Shown one piece after another: positions 30,084 through 39,739 of a DNA stretch of 64,000 nucleotides. The notes beneath the pieces are model-generated. The model ran no database searches and was not told where the DNA came from. It saw only the letters and a list, made by a program, of their open reading frames with translations. Position 1 is the stretch's first letter; every line of letters starts with the position of its first letter. Origin of the DNA: Actinomycetes bacterium (GTDB lineage: Bacteria; Actinomycetota; Acidimicrobiia; Acidimicrobiales; JABEUL01); the NCBI GenBank assembly GCA_021852345.1, contig JAJZNL010000055.1, positions 29,070-93,069 of the forward strand, in the 5' to 3' direction. The position numbers and the translations under genes are program-made.

Positions 30084-32426
30084 TTAATTTTTAATGAATT
30101 CGATTGTTAAATCATTGCTTCCTAAAATCTCGCCCTCAGAGTACAGAAGTTTTCTCGGATTTTTATCGATATAGAGTTGAATTTGATCGCTATGGTTAAC
30201 AGAGTTTATGTTTTCATCTTGACCATATGTCAATAATCCGAAAGCCTGAGGACCATCGTCGGTGAAACTCAAGGCATAGAAAAATGAAGTTCCCTGACAT
30301 ATTGCATACCCGCTTTTTCTAATACCGGTTTTATTCGTTCTTTGTGCTATAGGATCACCGATTGCCACCAAATCTTCTCTAGGCTCATTTGATGAGAAAG
30401 GTAGCTCACATACGGGGGTTACAATATTGGTTAGCCCGTCTGTTTCGTGACCTCCGTGCAGATAATATTTACCACCAGACAGATTTGCGTACTGCAATTT
30501 TTCCAATGAACTATCCAAACCGATGTCTGCCTCTTTAAGCGTCTTAATAGCTGCACAGACGACATCCTTAATTGTATCTGCTTGTTCATTTGCAACCACA
30601 ATTCGCGGCGTCCTAAACGGGTCATTTGGGTCGTAACTATCTTGAAAAAGCCGGCCTTGATCCTTAAGATCCTTTAGTTCAAATCCTGCCACGATTTCTC
30701 TAAACAGTACTGCCCCTTTTGAATTTAGATCAAAACAGCCATCCCAATTTTTTAAGATATTAGCAACTGAGTTAAGGTCATCTACGCAAACATCGTCCGT
30801 TTCCTTTAAGTTTTGAGCAAAGTACAGACATCTATCTCCAAGCTGATCTTTGATCAATTCGGCCAAAAGTGACTTGTTTGAAAGCGCATAACTAATCATG
30901 TCTTCTGTCGACATCTTTCTTTTGCCATTTGGTTCATATGACATCAAAAATCTCAGACATGCTTTCGTTCTAACCGTCGGAGGCTCCTCCAAACCCTGCA
31001 AATATGTAGATAATTTAATTGGCTTATTCGGATTTGTCAACCAGGCCGAGTCATTTGCATTAAAGACAAAATCAGTTCTGGATATCTGAGGATAATCCGA
31101 ATATGGAATTAGTCCCAAAGCAGGAGCTTCACTGTGAAAGGCGCAGTCGCAATCTGGATCCGAACCGTCCAACAGTGTAATTTTATTATCGTAAAGCATT
31201 TTAGTTAATGGGTCAGTTTCCAATTTTTCTTTTAAGATTGATTTACCGCGGTCGGAAAGATTAACCGTTCTGGACGAATCTATATACCATGTATCGCCAT
31301 TTTTATCGGCGGCAATAGTGTTTGCCCACGGCATTCCATTTTCTGTTCTATGCGCTTCTTTAAACTCCTCAAGAGACTTGCTGGCATCCATCTTCATAAA
31401 CAGCGGTATAAAAGATGAGTTGTCTTCATTTGCGTCTTTAACGGTTAAGGCATAATCATTTGTCCACCCCAAAATCGGCAAATTAAGCATAGGTCCATAA
31501 TGACTTGAGTACATCTGTTTTTCGACTGTTGAGATACCGTCTTGACCTAATACATCCACTCTAACGGTGGTTATATCCATTTTCCTAATTTCGTCGCCAT
31601 AGTAATAATGATCAGGTTTATCTTTAACTAAATTTAATTTATAAATAAGAAACCGTTTGCCTATTGAAAAGGTGTGAGTCCAAGCCACATTTTCATTAAA
31701 TCCAATTAGTATGCCTGGGGCGCCGATTAAAGTAACCCCGTAGCAATCAGCCAATCCTTCTATAGTTAAATGACACTCCCAGAACCTATTTTCGCCCACC
31801 CACGGAAAATGCGGGTTCCCCAGAACCATCCCTTTGCCGTTATAGCTAAGATCCTTTCCGATAGCCCAACCGTTACTGGCAAGTCCGCCGGACGGCAACG
31901 TCGACACAGGCGGAGTCGGCCGCGGGCCATTTTCATCAGGCGGTGAAGCAATTGACATAAAAGGAATTAGATTTCTCGAACCAGCGGCCAAGGCTATATC
32001 GGTGCAAAAAGCGACAAGATCAAACTCGGAAATTGGTTTGATCCATTCAGCGCCTTGCACCCAGGCCGGAAAATCCTCCACTCGGGCATTTTCCAAAAAG
32101 CAATTGACCCCTGCGGCATAGCCTAAAAGAAATTTACGGGAATCTTCCGGTAGGGTATCAAAATACTTTTCAGCTTTCGTTCGCAATCCCAAAAGTAGAT
32201 ATCCCGCATCTGAAATAATGTTTTTATCATCTTCGCCGGCACCAAAATACTTAGCTCTCTCTCCTCTGACTTTAACTATCTGATCCATCAAAGTGGCTAT
32301 ATGCTGCTTTGAGCAGGCAAATCCTTGACCGAAACCGGCATTTGCATAATTCGTAGCTTTTATATGCGGAATTGCTTTATCCGTCCACCTAATTTCACAT
32401 TCGTATTTATCGTCTTGAACTTCCAC
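30084..32426 (-). CDS. Penicillin/AHL acylase-family Ntn hydrolase (peptidase S45), no N-terminal signal peptide
   Basis: Alpha-chain pattern IRWTDKAIPHIKA...GFGQGFA. Spacer, then the nucleophile segment GGLASNGWAIGKD...GNPHFPW...GFNENVAWTHT. GTG start; the track ORF starts at GTG 32426 and lists no in-frame upstream extension. Confidence 0.85.
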   Translation of the reverse strand: MEVQDDKYECEIRWTDKAIPHIKATNYANAGFGQGFACSKQHIATLMDQIVKVRGERAKYFGAGEDDKNIISDAGYLLLGLRTKAEKYFDTLPEDSRKFLLGYAAGVNCFLENARVEDFPAWVQGAEWIKPISEFDLVAFCTDIALAAGSRNLIPFMSIASPPDENGPRPTPPVSTLPSGGLASNGWAIGKDLSYNGKGMVLGNPHFPWVGENRFWECHLTIEGLADCYGVTLIGAPGILIGFNENVAWTHTFSIGKRFLIYKLNLVKDKPDHYYYGDEIRKMDITTVRVDVLGQDGISTVEKQMYSSHYGPMLNLPILGWTNDYALTVKDANEDNSSFIPLFMKMDASKSLEEFKEAHRTENGMPWANTIAADKNGDTWYIDSSRTVNLSDRGKSILKEKLETDPLTKMLYDNKITLLDGSDPDCDCAFHSEAPALGLIPYSDYPQISRTDFVFNANDSAWLTNPNKPIKLSTYLQGLEEPPTVRTKACLRFLMSYEPNGKRKMSTEDMISYALSNKSLLAELIKDQLGDRCLYFAQNLKETDDVCVDDLNSVANILKNWDGCFDLNSKGAVLFREIVAGFELKDLKDQGRLFQDSYDPNDPFRTPRIVVANEQADTIKDVVCAAIKTLKEADIGLDSSLEKLQYANLSGGKYYLHGGHETDGLTNIVTPVCELPFSSNEPREDLVAIGDPIAQRTNKTGIRKSGYAICQGTSFFYALSFTDDGPQAFGLLTYGQDENINSVNHSDQIQLYIDKNPRKLLYSEGEILGSNDLTIEFIKN

Positions 32427-32526
32427 CTATAACTCCAATCTCAAGCAACCTTTTTTATTCGATTCGTCGACTTGGTTTCATCTGTCGACCGGTCAACTGC
32501 CCCGCAAAACCGTTTATTCCAATATA

Positions 32527-32561
32527 TTGACCATTAAATCAACCAAGGATTTAATGGTCAA
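32527..32561. repeat. Perfect 14 bp inverted repeat TTGACCATTAAATC-N7-GATTTAATGGTCAA
   Basis: Read directly. Lies between the nuoN stop and the acylase start. Confidence 0.7.
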
Positions 32562-32824
32562 ATAGATAATCGATTTTTTTTACCGACAGATGATATTTAA
32601 ATATTGTAGCCTCGGAGGATAAATATTTCCACTTTAAAATTCGCCCATTCAAATCGTAGCGATGTGGCTTAAAATATCGACAACAATTCACACGGTTCTT
32701 AAAGTCAAATGCAATATACCGAATCGATGAAAACAGTTTTCGAAACAGAAAACGATCCTAGTAACAAATCTTGTATGAAAAGATTTAACACGATTTTCAG
32801 CTTTTAACCTATAGGGGCAGGCTA

Positions 32825-34456
32825 TTAAAAGATAAATGTAGCGTGATTTGCTAAATCGATTATAAGGTTGGGGAAGATTCCGAGCACTACGACTATACCA
32901 GAAGTCAAGATAACGGCAATCGAACTACCGATTCCAACCCTAAAGTCTTGAGTATCTACGTCTTCGGTTTTAAGATTTTCAACTTTATCTTCTACAAGTA
33001 AAGTTACCCCTTCGTGTTCTTGTCCAATGTCGCCGTCGGCTTTTTGAATCGGCGAGATAGGTGAAAGCGACGAGCTGAAAAGTCGATCTGGTATTATCAT
33101 TTCCTCATCTGGCTTTGAATAGCAAGCGATTACAACGCGTAAATAGTAGACTGCGCTGATAACTGAACTGACGATTGCGACAACCACCAAACTGTAGGCC
33201 CCAGGTCCGCCGCTTCTAGCTAAAGCTTCAAATACCGAAAGCTTAGCGATGAATCCGACGGTTCCAGGAATGCCGGCCTGTCCAAACAACAAAACAGCAA
33301 AACCCAAGATTAGATACGGATGCTTTTTGGCCAAACCTCTGTAGTTTCTAATATCGTGATTTTGATCACCTTTGCTACCCAAAATGGTGACGACGGAAAA
33401 TACACCCGTTGCAATAAAACTGTACGCAATCAGATATACAAAACTTGCACTGACTCCGACTTGAGTCGCAGCTACCAAACCAAGCAATATGAATCCACTG
33501 TGATTAATCGCCGAATATGCCAGCATTCTTTTCACATTGGACTGGACCAATCCGCCAAATGCTCCCACCAAAAGCGATGCCACAGCAAGAATATAGATTA
33601 TCGGTTGCCAATCAGCTTTGTAGCTCACCAAAGCGGTCATCAAAATTCTTAAAAGCGCTGCGAATCCTCCAATTTTAGCAATCGACGACATTAGCGTAAC
33701 CGACGGACTTGGTGCGCCCTGGTACACATCGGGCGACCATACATGAAACGGTACCGCCGCCACCTTAAATCCGAGACCGGCAATTACCAAAACCATTCCG
33801 ATTATCAACAATCCGTTGTGCGTATAGTAAGAGGTGGCAAAAAATGAAGCGATCTGACCTAAGTTCGTAGTTCCCGTCGATCCGTACACAAACGCACTAC
33901 CGTAGATGAATATCGCAGATGCAAATCCTCCCAATACCAAGTACTTTAAAGCGGCTTCGCCACTTTGAATACGCTTGGTATCTAAAGCCGCCAAGACATA
34001 CAGTGAAATAGACATGATTTCAAGACCCAGAAATATCATTATAAGGTCATTTGCGGCAGCCATAAATTGAGCACCGGATCCGGCCAACAACATAAGCGCA
34101 AAAATCTCAGGACCAGACCAATTCTCCCGGTCGACAAAATTTTGAGTAAGAAACGCTGCTATGATCACACAAGCAGAAACCAAAATAGCCGCCAAAACAG
34201 AAAATCCGTCAATGGCCAAGACTTTATCGATAACCAAATGAGCCCCAGATCTTAAAACGTCATGGTAGTTTTTAATCGAAAATCCGATAGAAGCAATACC
34301 GGCCAATACGGTTATCCCCGTATACACTTTAGACGTAATCCTATTTCTAGTAACCGAAGTCATTGCCAACATGACTAAAGCTCCTACAATCAAACATATC
34401 TCCGGCAATATGGAAAAGTAGGAAATCTTAGGAAGTAAAAGCTGTGTGGCGATCAT
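32825..34456 (-). CDS. nuoN: NADH-quinone oxidoreductase subunit N
   Basis: 543 aa polytopic antiporter-like subunit, last gene of the nuo operon. About 55 aa acidic insertion before the final helix. Confidence 0.9.
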   Translation of the reverse strand: MIATQLLLPKISYFSILPEICLIVGALVMLAMTSVTRNRITSKVYTGITVLAGIASIGFSIKNYHDVLRSGAHLVIDKVLAIDGFSVLAAILVSACVIIAAFLTQNFVDRENWSGPEIFALMLLAGSGAQFMAAANDLIMIFLGLEIMSISLYVLAALDTKRIQSGEAALKYLVLGGFASAIFIYGSAFVYGSTGTTNLGQIASFFATSYYTHNGLLIIGMVLVIAGLGFKVAAVPFHVWSPDVYQGAPSPSVTLMSSIAKIGGFAALLRILMTALVSYKADWQPIIYILAVASLLVGAFGGLVQSNVKRMLAYSAINHSGFILLGLVAATQVGVSASFVYLIAYSFIATGVFSVVTILGSKGDQNHDIRNYRGLAKKHPYLILGFAVLLFGQAGIPGTVGFIAKLSVFEALARSGGPGAYSLVVVAIVSSVISAVYYLRVVIACYSKPDEEMIIPDRLFSSSLSPISPIQKADGDIGQEHEGVTLLVEDKVENLKTEDVDTQDFRVGIGSSIAVILTSGIVVVLGIFPNLIIDLANHATFIF

Positions 34457-36120
34457 TTAACGCTCCCCGTTTTCATTTGTAGATTAGTTTCATTAGAGGT
34501 ACTCTTTGCGGCGTATAACCATCTTGAAGTCGGTGCGCCAGGACGGTAAAGTTCAGTCGCATTCAAATTTGAATGTTTGTTTTTTGAAGCCGCAGAACCG
34601 CTCTTATAGGACGCCGCATAGGCAGGTTGTTTAACAATATGATTGGCCTGTTGAACATGATGCACCAACAAATTGACCGACGGAGAAATCTTGTTTAGCA
34701 TGGTGGAAGGAAAAATACCGATAAAAAATATCAGAATAATTAACGGCGCGATATAAAGCTTCTCTTTCATCGTCATATCTTTTATAACTGAGTGACTCTC
34801 TTCAGCCTTGCGGTGAAACGCTCGTTGGTATGCCCACAACAAGTAAACCGCCGACAGAATTACGCCCCCTAAGGCAACTACGGCCCACCATCTGTGTCCG
34901 ATAAACGTACCAGAAAGTATTAGAAATTCACCGATAAAACCATTGGTTCCAGGCAGTCCCAAAGATGCCAGTATGACAACTATCATCGCGCCCGACAGTA
35001 CCGGAGCAGCCTTTTGAAGACCGGAAAGTTTTGAAATATCTATTGTCTTGGTTCGTTCCAAAATCATACCGATTATCAAAAACATTGCAGCTGTCAAAAT
35101 ACCGTGATTAAACATCTGTAAGATGGCACCGTTCATGGCAATTGTCGAAAAGGCAAAAATCCCGATTGCCACAAAGCCCAAATGTGACAAAGATGAAAAT
35201 GCGACTAATCTCTTAAAGTCTCTTTGAACAGCAGCCACTATGGCTCCGTAGATAATTCCAATAACACCCAACGTTAACAATATTGGCGCCAACCGATAAC
35301 TGGCTTGCGGGAAAAAATTAAGATCAAATCTCAATAAACCGTAAGTGCCCAATTTGGCCATAATGGATGCCAATGAAATCGAACCAGATGTCGGGGCCTC
35401 CGAATAAGCTTTAGGAGACCAGGTATGAAACGGAAAGATCGGAGTCTTGATTACAAAGGCTGCCGAAAATCCTAAAAATAGCAAAACTTGACTGGCGTAG
35501 CTAAGTTTTGTATGTGCCAACTTTGTAATATCGAATGTGAAAACGCCTGTCTGACTATGATGAATCACAACAAGAATAACCATAGCAGCGAATAAAAATG
35601 CCGAACCAAACAGCGTATATAAAAAGAATTTTAATGCCGCCTTACTGCGCTCTTTGCCGCCCCATCCAATGATTAGAAAATAAGCAGGAATCAACGTAAG
35701 TTCAAAGAACAAAAAGAAACCGAACAGATCCATTGATAGAAATGAACCGAAACAAGCTCCTTCCAGAATCAACAACCAAGCCGAGTAAGTATTGTTCTTT
35801 GTCTTGTCCCCAGTAGCTATTAATATAATCGGGAAGATTAAGGCAACCATTTCCATTAGAAACAAGGAAATTCCGTCCACTCCGAAGTGCCATCCAATCC
35901 CCAAAGAAGATACCCAGCTGTGATTTGTCACAAACTGATAACCCGCATCTCCGGTTTTAAAGAGCAACATGACAATCAATGCCAATACCCCTGAAACTAC
36001 TGACACACCGAGCGCCAGGTATTTGGCTAATTTGTCAACAGGCACAAATGCCAACAAGACTCCGCCGATTATCGGCAGCAACACGATAACCGTAAGAAAC
36101 GGAAAACTAGTTTGAGTCAC
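34453..36120 (-). CDS. nuoM: NADH-quinone oxidoreductase subunit M
   Basis: 555 aa antiporter-like subunit. Operon position L-M-N. Hydrophilic C-terminal extension of about 70 aa. Confidence 0.9.
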   Translation of the reverse strand: MTQTSFPFLTVIVLLPIIGGVLLAFVPVDKLAKYLALGVSVVSGVLALIVMLLFKTGDAGYQFVTNHSWVSSLGIGWHFGVDGISLFLMEMVALIFPIILIATGDKTKNNTYSAWLLILEGACFGSFLSMDLFGFFLFFELTLIPAYFLIIGWGGKERSKAALKFFLYTLFGSAFLFAAMVILVVIHHSQTGVFTFDITKLAHTKLSYASQVLLFLGFSAAFVIKTPIFPFHTWSPKAYSEAPTSGSISLASIMAKLGTYGLLRFDLNFFPQASYRLAPILLTLGVIGIIYGAIVAAVQRDFKRLVAFSSLSHLGFVAIGIFAFSTIAMNGAILQMFNHGILTAAMFLIIGMILERTKTIDISKLSGLQKAAPVLSGAMIVVILASLGLPGTNGFIGEFLILSGTFIGHRWWAVVALGGVILSAVYLLWAYQRAFHRKAEESHSVIKDMTMKEKLYIAPLIILIFFIGIFPSTMLNKISPSVNLLVHHVQQANHIVKQPAYAASYKSGSAASKNKHSNLNATELYRPGAPTSRWLYAAKSTSNETNLQMKTGSVK

Positions 36121-38042
36121 TACAGACCACCTCTTAATCCACCAATAATAATTAGTATGACCAGTCCGCCAGCAATGACTAGAGCTTCACGTCTTACAAA
36201 CCCCGAAGCCAGCTTTCTGATCAAGATCCCTACGGCCAAAACCAACTTGGTAACTCCCACGACTGCGCCGTCAATTACTTTAGGCTCAATGACACCGTCG
36301 GTCACTTCGGCAAGTTTTGTCGAAGATCTGGCAATCGCTACATCACCCGTCTTGTCTATATACCAAGCATTCTTAAATAGAGTGAATTCCAAAGCCGGTC
36401 TTTCGAAGGTCTTGGACCATATAAAATAAGCTATAAGTCCACCGCCTATGGCAAAAATCGCATCCAAACTGCCGAGCACAATCTGAGTCAATGCGCTGGA
36501 ATGAAGGTATGAGGGGCTGGCAGCTATTGCTGGCTTCAAGAAATTATCCAAAAATTTCAAAGACGAAGCAAAAGGCAGGTTCAGCAATCCTCCCAAAAGA
36601 GCCAACACCGCCAAGGTAACGACCGGAATCATCATTTTGTAAGACGGTTCGTGCGGATCGATATGCGGCGAATGGCTGACTGCTTTGGCGCTTTTTTTCT
36701 TTCCCTTCACGGTGGCGGGCATCCAGCGGGCCTTGCCCAAGAATGCCAGACAATACTCTCGACCCATATAGTACGAGGTAACACCAGCCGTTGCCAATCC
36801 GATAATCCAAACTAACCATGATTCGCCGAAAGCTCCCAGTAGCACGTCACCTTTCGACCAAAATCCTGCAAAAGGCGGAACTCCAGCTATTGCCATCCAT
36901 CCTGTAAAAAATGCCACCGCAGTAATAGGCATGACAATTCTTAATGCACCCATCTTCTTGAGATTTTGTTCGTCATGCATACCGTGAATAACCGAACCGG
37001 AACTCAAGAATAACAGTGCCTTATAGAATGCGTGAGTCACCATCAAAAATATCGCTGCCGCATAGGCTCCGGTTCCAACCCCTACGAACATGTAACCTAA
37101 CTGCGAAACAGTTGAGTATGCAAGAACCTTCTTAATGTCATCTTGTGCGGTTGCCGCCATGGCTGCCATAAAGGCAGTAAGAATTCCGATAATTGTGATG
37201 ACATGTGCAATATCTGGGGAAAGAGCCAGCACTGGAGAGAGTCTAACCATCAGATACACTCCGGCGGTAACCATAGTTGCGGCATGTATTAATGCGCTAA
37301 CAGGTGTAGGACCTTCCATTGCATCGGCCAGCCATCCGTAAAGAGGAACTTGGGCTGACTTACCCATAGCCCCCACGAAAGCAAGCATAACTATCGCAGC
37401 GACCACCGATTTTGACAGATGCGGAGCCGCAGCAAATATCGCCGAGTAGTTAAGGGAATGCACATAATGGATCACCAAAAACATCGACAACAAAAATCCG
37501 ACATCCGCTATCCTGTTAACGATCATGGCTTTTTTGCCAGCAGATGCCGCAGACGGTCTTTCGTGCCAAAAAGAAATTAAGAAGTAAGAGCAAACCCCAA
37601 CGCCCTCCCATCCTACAAATGTGAGTAGCATGTTGTTACCCAACACCAAAATAATCATAGAGGTAACGAATAAGTTAAGGTACAAAAAGAACTTTGGAAA
37701 ATCAATGTCTTTATGCATGTATTCAACTGAGTAGAAATGAATCAGAGTCGATACACCCGTCACAAACAGTACCATCGTCAAAGACAGCGGATCCACTCTC
37801 AAGCCGGCGTCAACTTTGAAACTCCCAGTGTTTATCCAAACAAAAAGATGTTCAACAAATACGCTCGAGTGGTACCCCAAAAATGCCAACCAGACAACCA
37901 CTGAAAAAACAAAAGACATTCCAACCGCAAGCGTGGCAATGTAACCCGCCAGCGGCTCTTTTAATTTTCTACCAAAAAATATCAGCGACAACGCACCCAA
38001 AAGAGGAAATGCCGGTATTAAAAATACTAATTTCATATTCAA
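36120..38042 (-). CDS. nuoL: NADH-quinone oxidoreductase subunit L
   Basis: 640 aa. WEGVGVCSYFLISFW motif. Operon position. Confidence 0.92.
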   Translation of the reverse strand: MNMKLVFLIPAFPLLGALSLIFFGRKLKEPLAGYIATLAVGMSFVFSVVVWLAFLGYHSSVFVEHLFVWINTGSFKVDAGLRVDPLSLTMVLFVTGVSTLIHFYSVEYMHKDIDFPKFFLYLNLFVTSMIILVLGNNMLLTFVGWEGVGVCSYFLISFWHERPSAASAGKKAMIVNRIADVGFLLSMFLVIHYVHSLNYSAIFAAAPHLSKSVVAAIVMLAFVGAMGKSAQVPLYGWLADAMEGPTPVSALIHAATMVTAGVYLMVRLSPVLALSPDIAHVITIIGILTAFMAAMAATAQDDIKKVLAYSTVSQLGYMFVGVGTGAYAAAIFLMVTHAFYKALLFLSSGSVIHGMHDEQNLKKMGALRIVMPITAVAFFTGWMAIAGVPPFAGFWSKGDVLLGAFGESWLVWIIGLATAGVTSYYMGREYCLAFLGKARWMPATVKGKKKSAKAVSHSPHIDPHEPSYKMMIPVVTLAVLALLGGLLNLPFASSLKFLDNFLKPAIAASPSYLHSSALTQIVLGSLDAIFAIGGGLIAYFIWSKTFERPALEFTLFKNAWYIDKTGDVAIARSSTKLAEVTDGVIEPKVIDGAVVGVTKLVLAVGILIRKLASGFVRREALVIAGGLVILIIIGGLRGGL

Positions 38043-38348
38043 CTAACCCTTTAGCGAAGACAGATCATCGGCTGTTGCACCCAACCGCTTCCTATATATC
38101 GAAACAATGATTGCAAGTCCGACTACAACCTCAGCTGCGGCAACTACCAATACAAAGAATACGTCCGCCTGTCCTCCAACATCTTTAAGCTTCGAGGCAA
38201 AGGCAACAAAAGTCAGGTTTGACGCATTTAGCATCAATTCGACACACATAAGCATAACCAAAACATTACGTCTGATTAAAAGACCGACGAGGCCTATAGT
38301 AAATAGAACTGCAGCCAATATTAGATAATAATTTAAACCTACTGACAT
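38043..38348 (-). CDS. nuoK: NADH-quinone oxidoreductase subunit K
   Basis: 101 aa, three TM helices, operon position. Confidence 0.9.
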   Translation of the reverse strand: MSVGLNYYLILAAVLFTIGLVGLLIRRNVLVMLMCVELMLNASNLTFVAFASKLKDVGGQADVFFVLVVAAAEVVVGLAIIVSIYRKRLGATADDLSSLKG

Positions 38349-39062
38349 TTAAACCGTTTGCTCCTCGCCTACCTGTGTATCTTGTGACCCTGATTCGGTA
38401 ATGGAATCTTCGTCCTGCTCGATATCATCTTGCTCGTTCGATTCGTCTTCGTCGTCAACACTAACAGCCTTAGGGTCTCCGTCAACGGGTTCGACTTGAT
38501 CGTTTGAAATAATTTGACCATCCTGATCCTCATGGCCGGATCTGGCAATAAGCACGACAGCACCAATTATTGCAATCACTAATAGAACTGAAGTAACTTC
38601 AAAGGGAAGCAGATAATAGGAAAATGTCGCTTTGGCAAGTTCTATAATTCCTCTGTCCCCGCCTTTTGCAACTCCTATAACGCTATATGAGCCATGGGAA
38701 TTAAAATTACCCCAGCCATATCCAATTATCATTCCCAAAAATGCCAACCCGACTACAATCGCTATTGTCCTCTGCAAAGCAAGCGGTTCGGATCCCAGTT
38801 TCTCGCGTTTGTCGATGCCGAGCAACATAATAACGAAAAGAAACAGCACCACTATAGCACCCGCATAAATTATTATTTGAACTACAGCCAAAAAATCCGC
38901 ACTGAGTTCGACAAATAATACCGCCACTCCAAACAAAGTCATTACAAGATTTAGAGCCGCTCTAACGGGGTTTCTCGAGAGCACAACTCCCAAAGCACCA
39001 GCAACTATAACGACGGCGCATAAAGCAAAGGTGATCGAATCAGGGTAAGCCGTTGCTATCAT
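38349..39062 (-). CDS. nuoJ: NADH-quinone oxidoreductase subunit J with an acidic C-terminal tail
   Basis: Five-helix core followed by a ~60 aa D/E-rich tail (DDEDESNEQDDIEQDEDS). Confidence 0.88.
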   Translation of the reverse strand: MIATAYPDSITFALCAVVIVAGALGVVLSRNPVRAALNLVMTLFGVAVLFVELSADFLAVVQIIIYAGAIVVLFLFVIMLLGIDKREKLGSEPLALQRTIAIVVGLAFLGMIIGYGWGNFNSHGSYSVIGVAKGGDRGIIELAKATFSYYLLPFEVTSVLLVIAIIGAVVLIARSGHEDQDGQIISNDQVEPVDGDPKAVSVDDEDESNEQDDIEQDEDSITESGSQDTQVGEEQTV

Positions 39063-39739
39063 TTTACCTTACCTCCAAACTCCACGGGGATATGACCTTT
39101 TTTGATGTCGGTTAATTGGATATTTCCCGTAAGTTCATCGTCACGATTATCGCTCTGCCCGCCTTCGGGATGCCTAGATCCGTAACCCAACTCGTGTGAC
39201 CAAGCTACGACTCCTTCAAATTCAGCGTTACCCGCAGGCGACGTTGCGCGCATCCAAGCCGATGTATGCTCGTCTTCTCCTTCTCGCCAATCCTCCCAGG
39301 GCATCTGCTTCGGCTTGCCTTCGTCATCGACTACCAGTTCTTTTTTGGTATACACGGCATCTGCGCGAGAAACGAACGAAAACTCAAAGAGCTTTGACTC
39401 GGTTATGGCTTCAGTCGGACAGGCCTCAACACACATGTCACAATGGATACACCTTAAATAGTTAATTTCATAGACATATCCATATCGTTCTCCTGGAGAC
39501 ACCGGGTGGTCCACAGGATTATCAAGACCCCTCACATAGATACAGTCCGCAGGGCAAACTCCGGCGCACAGTTCACAACCGATACACTTTTCCATCCCGT
39601 CTTCATAGCGGTTCAGGACATGTCGACCGTGAGCCCTTGGCGGCTTTGGTTTCTTTTCTTTGGGGTATTCAGTTGTAACCCTGGGCTCGACAATTTGTTT
39701 AAAACTTACCTTAAAGCCACCGAAAAAATTCCGACTCAT
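39059..39739 (-). CDS. nuoI: NADH-quinone oxidoreductase subunit I
   Basis: Two 4Fe-4S motifs, CIGCELCAGVCP and CIHCDMCVEACP. Confidence 0.95.
   Translation of the reverse strand: MSRNFFGGFKVSFKQIVEPRVTTEYPKEKKPKPPRAHGRHVLNRYEDGMEKCIGCELCAGVCPADCIYVRGLDNPVDHPVSPGERYGYVYEINYLRCIHCDMCVEACPTEAITESKLFEFSFVSRADAVYTKKELVVDDEGKPKQMPWEDWREGEDEHTSAWMRATSPAGNAEFEGVVAWSHELGYGSRHPEGGQSDNRDDELTGNIQLTDIKKGHIPVEFGGKVK

Noticed and set aside
29882-30094. 70 aa plus-strand ORF in the convergent spacer (MLKTRCGKRNANCKLDRL...).
   Set aside because: The composition is not protein-like, there is no RBS, and it runs into the acylase 3' end. The region is better explained by RNA-type secondary structure.
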